Assembly: GCA_034670305.1 (NCBI GenBank)
Contig: JAXMNT010000003.1
Span: forward strand, 209,764 to 273,763
Reading direction: 5' to 3'
DNA from: Deltaproteobacteria bacterium
GTDB lineage: Bacteria; Myxococcota_A; Polyangia; Polyangiales; Houyiibacteriaceae
Length of the DNA: 64,000 nt
The translations under genes were made by a program, and so were the position numbers. Shown here piece by piece: positions 37,481 to 47,464 of this stretch (position 1 is the first letter of the stretch; each line of letters starts with the position of its first letter). The notes under the pieces are model-generated. The model ran no database searches, had not been told where the DNA came from, and saw nothing but the letters and a program-made list of their open reading frames with translations.

Positions 37481-38554
37481 TTGGACCCCCGCGTACGATT
37501 GCCGTTGCTCGATGGCCCAGAGCTCGATGCTGGGGTGCTGGACGTCGTCGGCCGGATCTCCGAGAAGCGCGAACGGGTCCACATCCTCACCGGCGCGGTC
37601 TGCAACAACAACTGCATCTTCTGCATGGAAGAGGATCGGGACGGACGAAAGGTCCTGAACTCGCAGACGGACGACGCGATGGTCGCCCGCATCCTGAAAG
37701 AGAACACCGAGGCTGGGTCGATCTGCGAAGAGATCTGTTTCACCTCCGGCGAACCGACCACGAACCGGCGGCTCATCGCCTGGGTGAAGATGGCCAAAGC
37801 GGCGGGCGTCGAGCGCATCAGCGTGATGACCAACGGCCGGGCGCTGTCGTACGACAAGTTCACGCGCGGACTCGTCGCCGCGGGCATGAACCGCTTCTAC
37901 GTGAGCATTCACGGCCACACCCAGAAACTTCACGAGTCCCTCGTGCGCACGCCGGGCGCCTTCGATCAAACGGTCGCGGGCATTCGCGAGGTGGCCAAGC
38001 TGCGACGCTACGGGGTCGAGTTGCACACCAGCACCGTGCTGACGAAGCGCAACCTTCCGCACCTGCAGGACATCTACGACTTTCTCCGTGGGCTCGGCGT
38101 GGGTCAGGTGGTCTTCAACGTGATGCAGGCCAACGGCCGCGCGGACACCCACTTCGAGCGCATCTTCCCGCGGTACTCGGACATCGCCGCGCAGGCGGCC
38201 GAGTTCGTGACGGCTGCCCAGGCCGCGTCCGGCGACGCCGAGGTGCCCGCGTTCTTCATCGACATCCCACTGTGCACCACCACCGAGCTGCCGGACTTCA
38301 ACCGCGGCTACGTCGAGTCCTACAAACACTACGAACCCGACGACGGCGGCGACGGCGGCCACGACCAGCGGCTCTCGGTCCTCGACCGAGTGCAGGGCGA
38401 TCTGGTCGAAGTGCGCCGGAGCGATCTGGACGACGACCTCAGAGAGAAGCGCGACGCGTGCAGCCGCTGCAAGTACGACAAGGCCTGTGAAGGCGTCTGG
38501 GTGAACTACCTGCGCCGCTTCGGCTGGGACGAGATGGTCCCGGTCATCGACTGA
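37481..38554 (+). CDS. Radical SAM protein, HxsC-like, probable peptide maturase
   Basis: CNNNCIFC, FTSGEPT, MTNG, SIHG....HE, IPLC and CSRC.....CEG...YL.RFG.DE. TTG start. Confidence 0.9.
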   Translation: MDPRVRLPLLDGPELDAGVLDVVGRISEKRERVHILTGAVCNNNCIFCMEEDRDGRKVLNSQTDDAMVARILKENTEAGSICEEICFTSGEPTTNRRLIAWVKMAKAAGVERISVMTNGRALSYDKFTRGLVAAGMNRFYVSIHGHTQKLHESLVRTPGAFDQTVAGIREVAKLRRYGVELHTSTVLTKRNLPHLQDIYDFLRGLGVGQVVFNVMQANGRADTHFERIFPRYSDIAAQAAEFVTAAQAASGDAEVPAFFIDIPLCTTTELPDFNRGYVESYKHYEPDDGGDGGHDQRLSVLDRVQGDLVEVRRSDLDDDLREKRDACSRCKYDKACEGVWVNYLRRFGWDEMVPVID

Positions 38555-38679
38555 ACCACGGCAGGTGCAGCACAGGCCTGCACGACCGCCCTGGCTCGAT
38601 CCGAGAGCCTGAACCCACAACTTTCACTGCTCAGCACGGTTGCGATGGAATCGTCGCTCGTGGTGCACTTCGGGGACAG

Positions 38680-39789
38680 ATGGCGCGGATCATCGAGATG
38701 CTCTGGGACTGTTCGTCCTGCGGCACCCGCAACCGCGGGCGGGACATGCGTTGCACGATGTGCGGCTCTCCGAAGGAGGACGACGAGCGCTACGTGATGC
38801 CGGGCGACACGTCGGCGGCCCCGAGCGTGACGGACCCGAAACGACTCGCCGAAGCGCGGGCCGGACGCAACTGGCAATGCCCGTACTGCGACGGTTCGGT
38901 CCGCAACCTCCACGGCGAGTGTTCCGTGTGCGGCGGACCGAGGACCGACCGCGCGGCGGCCGGGGAGCCGACCATCGACCTGAAGGGTGCCGCGGGCCGG
39001 CGCGCGGACAACCCGGACTTCGACAGCGAGGGCAAGGTCGTTTACCCGAGCGAACTCGACCAAGCGATCCGCCGGTTTCGGAGGGGGCGTTGGTTCGGCG
39101 TGAGCATCGTGCTGAGCATCCTGGCGGTTGTGGGCCTGTTCCTGCTCTGGTGGTTCCTGCCCCACGAGGTCGAGGTCGAGGTCGCGAGCATCGGCTGGGA
39201 ACGCACGGTCGAACTCCAGCGGCGCCAGACCAACTCGGGGAGCGACTGGCGCGACCAGATGGCGGGCGGCGCATTCAACGTGTCGTGCTCGACTCGGCAG
39301 CGCGGTACCGAGAACTGCCACCCCTACACCTGCAACTGCCATCAGGTGACCGACTACTGCTCCGAGTCCTGCAACTGCCATGAGGTGTGCACGGACAACG
39401 GCAATGGCTACGCGAGCTGCAGCACCGAGTGTTCGAGCTGTCAGCACGAGTGCGGCAGCCACGAAGAGTGCGACACCTGCTACGAACAGTGCCCTGTGTA
39501 CGCGGACTGGTGTTCCTACCAGTACTACACCTGGCCCACGCTCGACCGCGAGACGACGCGGGGCAACGACCACGCGCCCTACTACAGCGACCGCCTCTTG
39601 GCCGACCCGGCCGTGAACGAGCGGCTCGTGTACGCGCAGCAGTTCGACGTGCAGTTCGAGGAGGACGACGACGTGTGGAACCACCGCCCCGATACCCTCG
39701 AGGAGTTCCTGCGTTACGACCTACACGAGACATGGCTCATCGAGGTGAACCACGCGGGCCAGGTCTGGCCACAGCACGCGGTGGAGTGA
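38680..39789 (+). CDS. Membrane protein with two N-terminal Zn fingers and a Cys-rich external domain
   Basis: WDCSSC...CTMCG and WQCPYC...CSVCG, one TM helix, then a Cys-dense segment. Confidence 0.8.
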   Translation: MARIIEMLWDCSSCGTRNRGRDMRCTMCGSPKEDDERYVMPGDTSAAPSVTDPKRLAEARAGRNWQCPYCDGSVRNLHGECSVCGGPRTDRAAAGEPTIDLKGAAGRRADNPDFDSEGKVVYPSELDQAIRRFRRGRWFGVSIVLSILAVVGLFLLWWFLPHEVEVEVASIGWERTVELQRRQTNSGSDWRDQMAGGAFNVSCSTRQRGTENCHPYTCNCHQVTDYCSESCNCHEVCTDNGNGYASCSTECSSCQHECGSHEECDTCYEQCPVYADWCSYQYYTWPTLDRETTRGNDHAPYYSDRLLADPAVNERLVYAQQFDVQFEEDDDVWNHRPDTLEEFLRYDLHETWLIEVNHAGQVWPQHAVE

Positions 39790-39823
39790 CCCAGCGCGCA
39801 CGCGGTCCAGCGCCGCCGACGCA

Positions 39824-42061
39824 TCAGGTCACGAGCAGGCGGGTGAGGCGCTCGCTGAACGTCAGCATCGCCTCGACCTCCGGTCGCGTGGCCAGTCGCA
39901 TGAACTTGAAGACGACCAGATCGGAACCGTTGCACTCCAAGTGGTAGACCTCTTCCTCCTCCAGGAAGGCCAGTACGTCGTCGGTCAGAAACTCGCGCAC
40001 CTTCTCGCTGCTCTCGCCCTTCACGACGAACCGGCGGGAGAAGTCCGTGTAGTGTTCGAAGTCCGCGTCGCGAAACCCCGCCACTTGGAGCACGCGGTCG
40101 AGCAACTCTTCCTTCTCGACGATGAGCTCTGGAAGCTCCATCGGCAGATGCAAGACCTGCGCGGTCGTGTGGTAGACCTCGGGGGTCCCCACCCCTTCGT
40201 CGAAGGTCACGTCGCAGAGCGAGAACTCCACCCGCGGGTGCTCTGCGCCACCGAGTTCGTACACCCCGCGAACGACCGTGTCGCGGTACTCGACCGGGTG
40301 AAGCCGGAAGAACCGGAAGTCGCCGAGGTCGTCGGGATCCCACACGCGCCGCGCGTCGAACTCCCACTTCCGTTCGGCCGCGAGCTTCTCGATCTTCTTC
40401 TGCCGCGGGGTCAGGCGACGGGTGCGCAGCGGCCCTTCGATGACGTGCAGCGCGTCCGGGTGATCTGAGATCGCACGGTGGGCTTCGAGACCCAGCACGT
40501 CGAAGCGGCCACCCTCGTTCTCGCGTTCGTAGCGGCGCCCGAACTCGTGCGTGAACTCGAGGAGCGTGTGGTCCACCAGAAGCGACTGCGTGAAGTCGAC
40601 GATGACGTTCTGCACGCCGCTCACCGGTTGAAGCGCTTTCTGGAGCCGGGGGATCATCAGGTAGTTCGCGACGCCTCGAACCCGCAGCAGATACGGCTTG
40701 CCCTCTTCGTGCACGGTCTCGACGGAGGTCTGCCAAAGGCGCATCAGGGACTCGCGCGCGGGCAGGTTGAGAATGATCAGGTGGCTGACCAGTTCCGAGA
40801 CGAGCCCGATGAAGATGCCCCACAGCAGGCCCCAGACCAGCGTGGCCGCCAGGGTCACGCCGAAGATCAAGAAGTGGTCCGGCCCCTTGTTGAGCGTCTC
40901 GCGCACCACGTGCGGGCCGGCGAGTTTGTAGCCGGTGTAGATCAGGATCGCGGCCAACGCCGAGAGCGGGATCAGCTGCATCACCGGCGAGATCAGAAGC
41001 ACGCAGAGGCTGAGCAACAGACCCTGAAAAAAGTTCGACCAGCCGGTCTTGGCGCCGTGGTTCAGGTTGACCGAGCTGCGCGCGATGACGGTGAGCACCG
41101 GCAACCCGCCGAGCATGCCGGACGCGATGGTGGAGACGCCCATGCCGACCAGGTCGCGGTTCATCGAAGACTCGCGCCGGTACGGGTCGAGTCGGTCGAC
41201 GGCCTTCACGCTGACGATGTTCTCGATCGAGTTCACCAAGGTGAACGTCATGACCACCATCCAGAAGCCGGCCTCTCCGATCCGCGAGAAGTCCGGCCGC
41301 ACCAAGCTGCCGATCAAGTCCGCCGGGATGCTCACGCGCAGATTCTCCGCAACGCTGAGCCCCTCGAAGAACTCGACCCGTGGGCCCAGCTGCTGCACGC
41401 CGACGATCACCCCGATCGCCAGGGACACCACCCAAAGCGGTGCCGGGATGAACCGGACGAACTTCTTCTTGGTCTTGGGGTGCAGGATCAGGATCGCGAG
41501 ACTGAGCACGCCGAGGATGCTCACGAACGGATCGAGCGTGGCGATCGTCGCAGGCAGCTCCTGGAACACGCCGATGGGGTTGCTGGCGGTCGCCTTCTGT
41601 CCGAGCAGCACGTGGAGTTGCTTGCCCACGATGATGAGCCCGATCGCCGCGAGCATGCCCTGGATGACAGCGCTCGGAATCACGTCGCCGACGCGGCCGA
41701 GACGGAGCACCCCGAAGAGCACCTGGACCGCGCCCGCCACCACGATGGCACCGAGCACATGCGGGAACGCTTCGGCCCCCCCGCCAAACGCCAGGAAGGC
41801 GGAGGCGACGATGACGATCAGGCTGTTGCCGGGTCCGTTGATCGCGACGTGGGTTCCGCGGACGAAGGTCCCGATGAAACCCGCGACGGCCACCGATACG
41901 AGGCCGGAGATCGGGGGCGCACCGGCCGCCATCGCGATGCCGAGCGCCAGCGGCAGCGCCACGAGCGCCACGCTCAGACCGGCGATCGCATCGTTGCGCC
42001 AGTGGTCTCGGAGCCCGCGCAGATTGGTTCGCGGAACCTCCGACGCGTCGATGCTCATCAT
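39824..42061 (-). CDS. SulP/SLC26-family anion transporter with STAS-like and extra C-terminal domains
   Basis: DAIAGLSVALVALPLALGIAMAAGAP, GGLPVLTVIARSSVN and IPLSALAAILIYTGYKL. Confidence 0.92.
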   Translation of the reverse strand: MMSIDASEVPRTNLRGLRDHWRNDAIAGLSVALVALPLALGIAMAAGAPPISGLVSVAVAGFIGTFVRGTHVAINGPGNSLIVIVASAFLAFGGGAEAFPHVLGAIVVAGAVQVLFGVLRLGRVGDVIPSAVIQGMLAAIGLIIVGKQLHVLLGQKATASNPIGVFQELPATIATLDPFVSILGVLSLAILILHPKTKKKFVRFIPAPLWVVSLAIGVIVGVQQLGPRVEFFEGLSVAENLRVSIPADLIGSLVRPDFSRIGEAGFWMVVMTFTLVNSIENIVSVKAVDRLDPYRRESSMNRDLVGMGVSTIASGMLGGLPVLTVIARSSVNLNHGAKTGWSNFFQGLLLSLCVLLISPVMQLIPLSALAAILIYTGYKLAGPHVVRETLNKGPDHFLIFGVTLAATLVWGLLWGIFIGLVSELVSHLIILNLPARESLMRLWQTSVETVHEEGKPYLLRVRGVANYLMIPRLQKALQPVSGVQNVIVDFTQSLLVDHTLLEFTHEFGRRYERENEGGRFDVLGLEAHRAISDHPDALHVIEGPLRTRRLTPRQKKIEKLAAERKWEFDARRVWDPDDLGDFRFFRLHPVEYRDTVVRGVYELGGAEHPRVEFSLCDVTFDEGVGTPEVYHTTAQVLHLPMELPELIVEKEELLDRVLQVAGFRDADFEHYTDFSRRFVVKGESSEKVREFLTDDVLAFLEEEEVYHLECNGSDLVVFKFMRLATRPEVEAMLTFSERLTRLLVT

Positions 42062-42301
42062 GTTGTACGCCCCACGCGGCGGGACCCTAGCAGGCTCGGG
42101 CGAAAGTCCCACCGAGGGTGCCTGGAGGTTTGCTCGGAGAAACCGCCGATCGACGGAGATGCTGTCCTCAGGGCGGAGCGGAGGGCAGCCACGACCAACT
42201 CGAAGCCGGTTGGACCATGCGGTACTGGGATCCGCTCCGCGCGTTCCTGGCCTGACCGAACGTTGCTCGCGCGGGCATGGGGGCCGTGATACCGAAGACG
42301 G

Positions 42302-43024
42302 ATGCGCACCTTGGTCCTCGCGTCCAGCCTCTTCACGTTGGCTTGCGGCCCGTCCGATGGGACGCCCGTCGAAGCCGAGCCGGCCGAACGGGAACCGCTG
42401 ACGGAAGTGGAGGCGGCCGAGACGCCAGCGGCCAACGAAGCCGAAGCCGAAGCCGACGAAGTCATGGCTCGGCCGCGCGAGGACATGCTCGCCACGCGAC
42501 TGACGCTCGCCGCCGGACCGATCGAGGCGGTGGCGGAGCTCCGGTTCACGTTCGTGGTGACCGTCGGTGGCGAAGAGAGGGTCCGGCGCGCACACGCGTG
42601 GTGCCCCGAGCGCGCTTCCGCCCGAGTGACCGCAGGGGAGACAACCACGCTTGTCGCGACGAACGCCGAGCCGGACGACGAACGACGCGAAGCGTACGAG
42701 CAGTTCATCAACGACTCGTACTGGCTCCTTGTCCCCACGAAGCTCTTCGATCCAGGCGTGCATCGCGCGATGGAGGGCGGCGACCTTCGACTCACGTTCG
42801 TGGACGTCGGCGTCACACCGGGCGACACCTACTGGCTCGAGACGGAGGGTGACCACATTTCGGGCTGGCGCTTCCGGCTCGAGAGCGGCCGCGAGGGGTC
42901 GTTCGCCTTCGAGGACCGCACGACCGTGGGCCCACTCACGCTCGCGCTCACCAAACGGTCCCGCGACGGCGACGCCGTGATCGCGTTCGAAGAGGTCGCC
43001 GTGGCCGACACCTGTTCGCTCTAG
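42302..43024 (+). CDS. Hypothetical lipoprotein
   Basis: Lipobox FTLAC; F.NDSYWLL.P.KL.D.GV segment. Confidence 0.7.
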   Translation: MRTLVLASSLFTLACGPSDGTPVEAEPAEREPLTEVEAAETPAANEAEAEADEVMARPREDMLATRLTLAAGPIEAVAELRFTFVVTVGGEERVRRAHAWCPERASARVTAGETTTLVATNAEPDDERREAYEQFINDSYWLLVPTKLFDPGVHRAMEGGDLRLTFVDVGVTPGDTYWLETEGDHISGWRFRLESGREGSFAFEDRTTVGPLTLALTKRSRDGDAVIAFEEVAVADTCSL

Positions 43025-43200
43025 CCACCTGCGAACCTCTCACCCGAGCCGAGCTCGGACCTTGATGGTCGAACTATCCACCCCTACCGAAACCGATGGG
43101 GTCCGCCCACCGCGGGTGGGCGATCGGCCACACGCAAAGGTGCGAAGATCCAGCCGTTTTGGGCGGCGGGGGTGTGCATGGATCTTGCGTTGTCAGCAGT

Positions 43201-44685
43201 GTGGCGGACACCCTCGACTACCAAGAATCGCACAAGATCCTACTGGACAGCGCAGACCATCTGCTCGACTCCGGGCATCAGGACGAAGCGCTCAAGCTGT
43301 ACGCCAAAGTGCTCGATCGGAACCCCTCCGACATCGAAGCGCTCGATGGATTCGCTGCGGCCGCTTCTCAGGCAGAGCCCTTCGCGTGGGTCGCCGACGA
43401 CGATGGGGACGCGTCCCAAGTGCAGTCGCTGGGGAGGGCGCTGGATCTCCCCACGCTCCACGCCCGCGTGCTGACCCTGATCGAGCGCAAGGACTACGAA
43501 GCCGCATTGATCATGCTTTCGCAGGGCCGCCAGCGCTTCCCCGACGACCGCGCGATCTCGCGGAGCATTCGCGCGATCAAAGCCCACCTCGAGCGGCGCT
43601 ACCTGCGCCGCCTCGGATCCCTCGATCGCGTGCCTGCCCTGGTCGACCGTCCGAGCGAGAAGGCGTCGCGGGATCACGAAGACGTGGCTCGATGGGTCGA
43701 CGGCGTGGCGACGCTGGGCGATGTGCTCGAGGTCACCAACCTCGGTCGATTCCGAACCCTCCGCGCACTGGACCAGATGCGGAGCGCGGGGAGGATCCAG
43801 CTCGCACCCCACGTGCGCGACACGATCGTGGAGTCGCGGCAGGCCGAGCCCGCCAGTGGTGAGGAGGCGCAAGCGCCGTGGTCGGAGTCTCGACTCTTGA
43901 GCGGCGACACCCTTACCCGCACCGCGCTGCTGCTGGTTCGGGCCGAGCTCCGGGCGTCCGCGCCCGCCACGCCTCCGGCCGCACCGACGGCCCAAGCGAG
44001 CCAGCCCCCGCGGTTCACGCCCCAAGCGATCCGCGCGCCCGTTGCTGCCAAGCCGGAGGCTCAGCGCGCACCCCGTGCCGCCGAGCCGGCAGCCCAACCC
44101 CTTCCGGCCCGCACCCGGCCGCCCCTGCCGCCCCTGCCCGAATCCACGGGCCCAACGCTGGCCGTCGAGCCATCGACGCCAAAGCCGAGGCGGACGCTCT
44201 TGTGGGGGGCGGCGCTTGGCGTGCTCGGGGCGGCGGCGGTCGTGTTCTTCTTGCGCGCGGACACAGCGACGGCACCGGCGCACCCACCGGCCGCACCCAT
44301 GTTCGACACCGAGGCGCAGCCCACACAGGGGCCTGCCGCGGGACCCGTAGAAGAAGTGGCTGGTGCGCCGACGGTCTCCGACACGGCCGTGACGCCGACG
44401 CTGGTGATCGAGCTCCGTTCCGAACCGAGCGGCGCCATGGTCGAGATCGACGGACGCACCTATGGACCGACGCCGGCCAGCATCGAGTTGACTGGCGACA
44501 ACGTCGACGGTCGCCAGATCGACATCCGGTTCCACCGGGACGGCTTCGAGGATCGCAGCGTCGCGCAACGCCTGCGGCCGGGCACCGCGACGGTGTTCAC
44601 GACGCTCGAGCCGACACCGGTTCGGCGGGTGCGCCGCCGCCGCGCGCCGACCCCACCGTCTGGCTTCAAGAACCAGCCCTACTGA
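43201..44685 (+). CDS. TPR-like / Pro-rich / TM / PEGA-domain protein
   Basis: N-terminal helical repeats, Pro-rich linker, TM helix, and SEPSGAMVEIDG...G.TP (PEGA). Start is uncertain. Confidence 0.7.
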   Translation: MADTLDYQESHKILLDSADHLLDSGHQDEALKLYAKVLDRNPSDIEALDGFAAAASQAEPFAWVADDDGDASQVQSLGRALDLPTLHARVLTLIERKDYEAALIMLSQGRQRFPDDRAISRSIRAIKAHLERRYLRRLGSLDRVPALVDRPSEKASRDHEDVARWVDGVATLGDVLEVTNLGRFRTLRALDQMRSAGRIQLAPHVRDTIVESRQAEPASGEEAQAPWSESRLLSGDTLTRTALLLVRAELRASAPATPPAAPTAQASQPPRFTPQAIRAPVAAKPEAQRAPRAAEPAAQPLPARTRPPLPPLPESTGPTLAVEPSTPKPRRTLLWGAALGVLGAAAVVFFLRADTATAPAHPPAAPMFDTEAQPTQGPAAGPVEEVAGAPTVSDTAVTPTLVIELRSEPSGAMVEIDGRTYGPTPASIELTGDNVDGRQIDIRFHRDGFEDRSVAQRLRPGTATVFTTLEPTPVRRVRRRRAPTPPSGFKNQPY

Positions 44686-44737
44686 GCGCCATCGGTCGCG
44701 CGGGAATGCGGCCGCCCGCGCGGACGTATTCCGACCC

Positions 44738-45418
44738 GTGCCGCCCGCGCCTCCACGCTTCGCTCTCCCGTTCCCCGGAGCCCTCCTCGGAGTGGTGGCG
44801 GCGGGCATGTGCGCGGGGTTCCTGTACACCGCGGTCCACACGTTCTTCGAGATGTGGCGGGCCACCGATCCTCCCCCCGCGCCGACCCACGCCGAGATGA
44901 CCGAGCGGTTCCACGCGGAGCGGATCTCGTTCGAGAGACTTCGGGACATGTTCGAGCAGGATCACCCGCACCAGAGTCGGCCGAGTTGGGACATCCGCAC
45001 CGATTGCCATTCGTGGATCGAGCCCTGCACCGACTGCGGCTCTTCGGGGGGCTTCGCGGTGGTCGGAGGCCAGAGCGGCGACGCGTGCACGCACCCGGGC
45101 GGGTGCATGCGCTGGGTCGACGAACCGCCCACCCCAGCGCGACTCTCGGAGATTCGGCCATTCGGCCCCGCCCGGGCGGCGGAGTACCTGCGCACGCTGA
45201 ACCGGCTCGGGGTGATCCAACTGCACGCGCTCGACATCGCGCACCGCAACCAGATCCAGTCCACCAACCGGACGATCGAGTTCGTGGTCGACATGCGCGG
45301 CATGATGCTCTCCGGCACCACGACGGCCATCGTCTGGGCACCCCACGAAGACCAACGCCACTCGAGCGACCGCCCCATCGACCACGCCCCCGGCTGGTTC
45401 ACCCGAGTCCACAACTGA
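44738..45418 (+). CDS. Hypothetical protein with N-terminal TM helix
   Basis: Fills the gap between genes with host-like codon usage; no motif recognised. Confidence 0.55.
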   Translation: MPPAPPRFALPFPGALLGVVAAGMCAGFLYTAVHTFFEMWRATDPPPAPTHAEMTERFHAERISFERLRDMFEQDHPHQSRPSWDIRTDCHSWIEPCTDCGSSGGFAVVGGQSGDACTHPGGCMRWVDEPPTPARLSEIRPFGPARAAEYLRTLNRLGVIQLHALDIAHRNQIQSTNRTIEFVVDMRGMMLSGTTTAIVWAPHEDQRHSSDRPIDHAPGWFTRVHN

Positions 45419-45429
45419 CGCCGCTCGAG

Positions 45430-45513
45430 TCGGCATCGGCATCGGCTTCGGCTTCGGCTTCGGCTTCGGCTTCGGCTTCGGATTCGGCTTCAGCTTCGGC
45501 TTCGGCCTCGGCT
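45430..45513. repeat. TCGGCN hexamer microsatellite, 14 units
   Basis: Same unit as 13777-14019; intergenic. Confidence 0.95.
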
Positions 45514-45525
45514 ACCGTTCCAACC

Positions 45526-45909
45526 GTGCGAGCCATCCTCTCCCTCCTCCTCCTGCTCCCAACCGCGTGCAGCACACCCAGCGCCACGGCCAACTCGATC
45601 TGTGCCGACCTCGTCGAAGCCGGGGTCGCCTCGAACTGCGAACCGGAGGTCGAACGCGGCGCGGGCACCACCGCGGTCCGGTTCACCCTCACCGGAAGCG
45701 GCTCCCACGGGTTCGTGACCGCATGCGCCGACGACGAGGCCTACGAGCGGACTCAGGAGACCTACCGCCGGTCCGACGCGTTCATGGGCCAACACGACAT
45801 GCGTCCGCACCGCTACACCCACGCGGGCCGTCGAGTCGACATCATGCTCGTGGTGTCGGCCGATGCCGAAGCGCAGCGTGCGGCGCAAACCGTGATCGAC
45901 CAGCTCTAG
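45526..45909 (+). CDS. Small hypothetical lipoprotein
   Basis: (M)RAILSLLLLLPTAC signal; TACCGT-N7 before the GTG. Confidence 0.65.
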   Translation: MRAILSLLLLLPTACSTPSATANSICADLVEAGVASNCEPEVERGAGTTAVRFTLTGSGSHGFVTACADDEAYERTQETYRRSDAFMGQHDMRPHRYTHAGRRVDIMLVVSADAEAQRAAQTVIDQL

Positions 45910-45948
45910 CCTGCCGTGCAGCGACCGGTTGGGTCGCGGCCCTCTGGC

Positions 45949-47409
45949 TCAGCGACGGCGACGGCCCACGAACATCAACACCAGCAACCACGCCGCCGCC
46001 GAGCCGCCCGACGTACCCGCGGCACAGCCGTCCGCGGGAACCTCGACCATCGGTGCGCACGCATCGCCTACCCCATCGGCGTCGCCATCCTCCTGCAAGC
46101 GGTTCGGGACGCGCGGACAGTTGTCGTCCTCGTCCGGCACGGTGTCGCCGTCGAGATCGGACTCGCACACATCGCCTTCCCCGTCCGCGTCGAGATCGAG
46201 CTGCAGCCGGTTGGGCACGAGCATGCAGTTGTCGACGTCGTCCCGGATCCCGTCGCCGTCCGAGTCGGGGTCGCGGTAGTTCGGCAGCCCGTCTGAGTCG
46301 CTCGAGATCGCAGGCGTGTCGAGGTCGTCGTCTCCCGCTTCGTCGCGATCGAACACGCCATCGTTGTCGGAGTCGACGTCCTGGAAGTCGAAGATGCGAT
46401 CTCGGTCAGTGTCGAGCGGCGCGCGCGGATCCCCGAGCTCTTCCGAGTCGAGGATGCGATCGTCGTCGGAGTCGCGCTCGATGTAGTCCGGTTTGCCGTC
46501 GAGATCCGTGTCGGTCGGAGACGCGGGGTCGCCGACTTCGAACGCGTCGAAGAGACCGTCGTCGTCGGAGTCCGGGTCCCGAAAGTCCGCGAGTCCATCC
46601 TCGTCGGTGTCGCGCGCCAGCGTCTCGAGGTCCGCGTCGCCCGCTTCGGCCACATCGGAGATCCCATCGTTGTCGGAATCCAGGTCGAGGTGGTCCGGCG
46701 TGCCGTCGAGGTCGGAGTCGACCGGCGCAGTGGCCGCATCCCCGTCGCCCTCCTCTTCTCGATCCGTGATCGTGTCCGCGTCCGAGTCGAGGTCGAGGAA
46801 GTCCGGGATGCCGTCGCCGTCGCGGTCGCCCAGCCCCTCGAGTAGATCCGGCAATCCATCGCCGTCGGAGTCCGCGTCGAGGTCGTCGTCGTCTCGGTCG
46901 AGCGGATCGCCTTCGCCGTCGTCCACGCGACCGTCCGCGTTCGCGTCCTCGAAGCCATCGGCCAAACCACCGCCGTCGGTGTCCGGGTTGTTGGGATCGG
47001 TCTGGGTCGAAGGATCGGCGTCGGCGCGAAACCGCTCGGCCCGGGTCCCACGCGCCGGCTCGGTGCGCCCGTCTTCGACCCCATCCATCACGCCGTCCCC
47101 GTCCGCGTCCGGATCGAGCGCGCCGATGAGCCCGTCGCCGTCGTCGTCGGTGTCCCAGCGCAACTCTTCGCCATCCGGGATTCCGTCGTCGTCGCTGTCG
47201 GGGTCGTGCACATCGAGGCCATGCGCGTACTCACCGATGTCGCAGATCCCATCGGAGTCCGCGTCCGCGCCGTCGCGCATCGGATCGCGGAGGGGCGGAC
47301 ACTCCTCGCAGCCATCGCGGTCGACGTCGGTGCATTGCGCGCGCGCGGTGGACGGCGTGGCCCAGGAGAGGATCGGAAGCAGGACAGCCAGCGCGGGCAG
47401 AAACCTCAT
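45949..47409 (-). CDS. Asp-rich TSP3-repeat surface protein with MYXO-CTERM-like tail
   Basis: Signal peptide, DSDxDG repeats, DNCP.VPN..Q.D.D.DGVGDAC, and the tail GCAAG...WLLVLMFVGRRRR. Confidence 0.88.
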   Translation of the reverse strand: MRFLPALAVLLPILSWATPSTARAQCTDVDRDGCEECPPLRDPMRDGADADSDGICDIGEYAHGLDVHDPDSDDDGIPDGEELRWDTDDDGDGLIGALDPDADGDGVMDGVEDGRTEPARGTRAERFRADADPSTQTDPNNPDTDGGGLADGFEDANADGRVDDGEGDPLDRDDDDLDADSDGDGLPDLLEGLGDRDGDGIPDFLDLDSDADTITDREEEGDGDAATAPVDSDLDGTPDHLDLDSDNDGISDVAEAGDADLETLARDTDEDGLADFRDPDSDDDGLFDAFEVGDPASPTDTDLDGKPDYIERDSDDDRILDSEELGDPRAPLDTDRDRIFDFQDVDSDNDGVFDRDEAGDDDLDTPAISSDSDGLPNYRDPDSDGDGIRDDVDNCMLVPNRLQLDLDADGEGDVCESDLDGDTVPDEDDNCPRVPNRLQEDGDADGVGDACAPMVEVPADGCAAGTSGGSAAAWLLVLMFVGRRRR

Positions 47410-47464
47410 CGTGCGCGGACCATACTACGACCGAGCGCCGAACCGCCAAGCGGACGGCGGTTCG

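Noticed and set aside
44809-45909. 366-aa ORF with a poly-Ser-Ala segment
   Set aside because: It merely reads through the microsatellite. The plausible gene starts at GTG 45526 with a lipoprotein signal.
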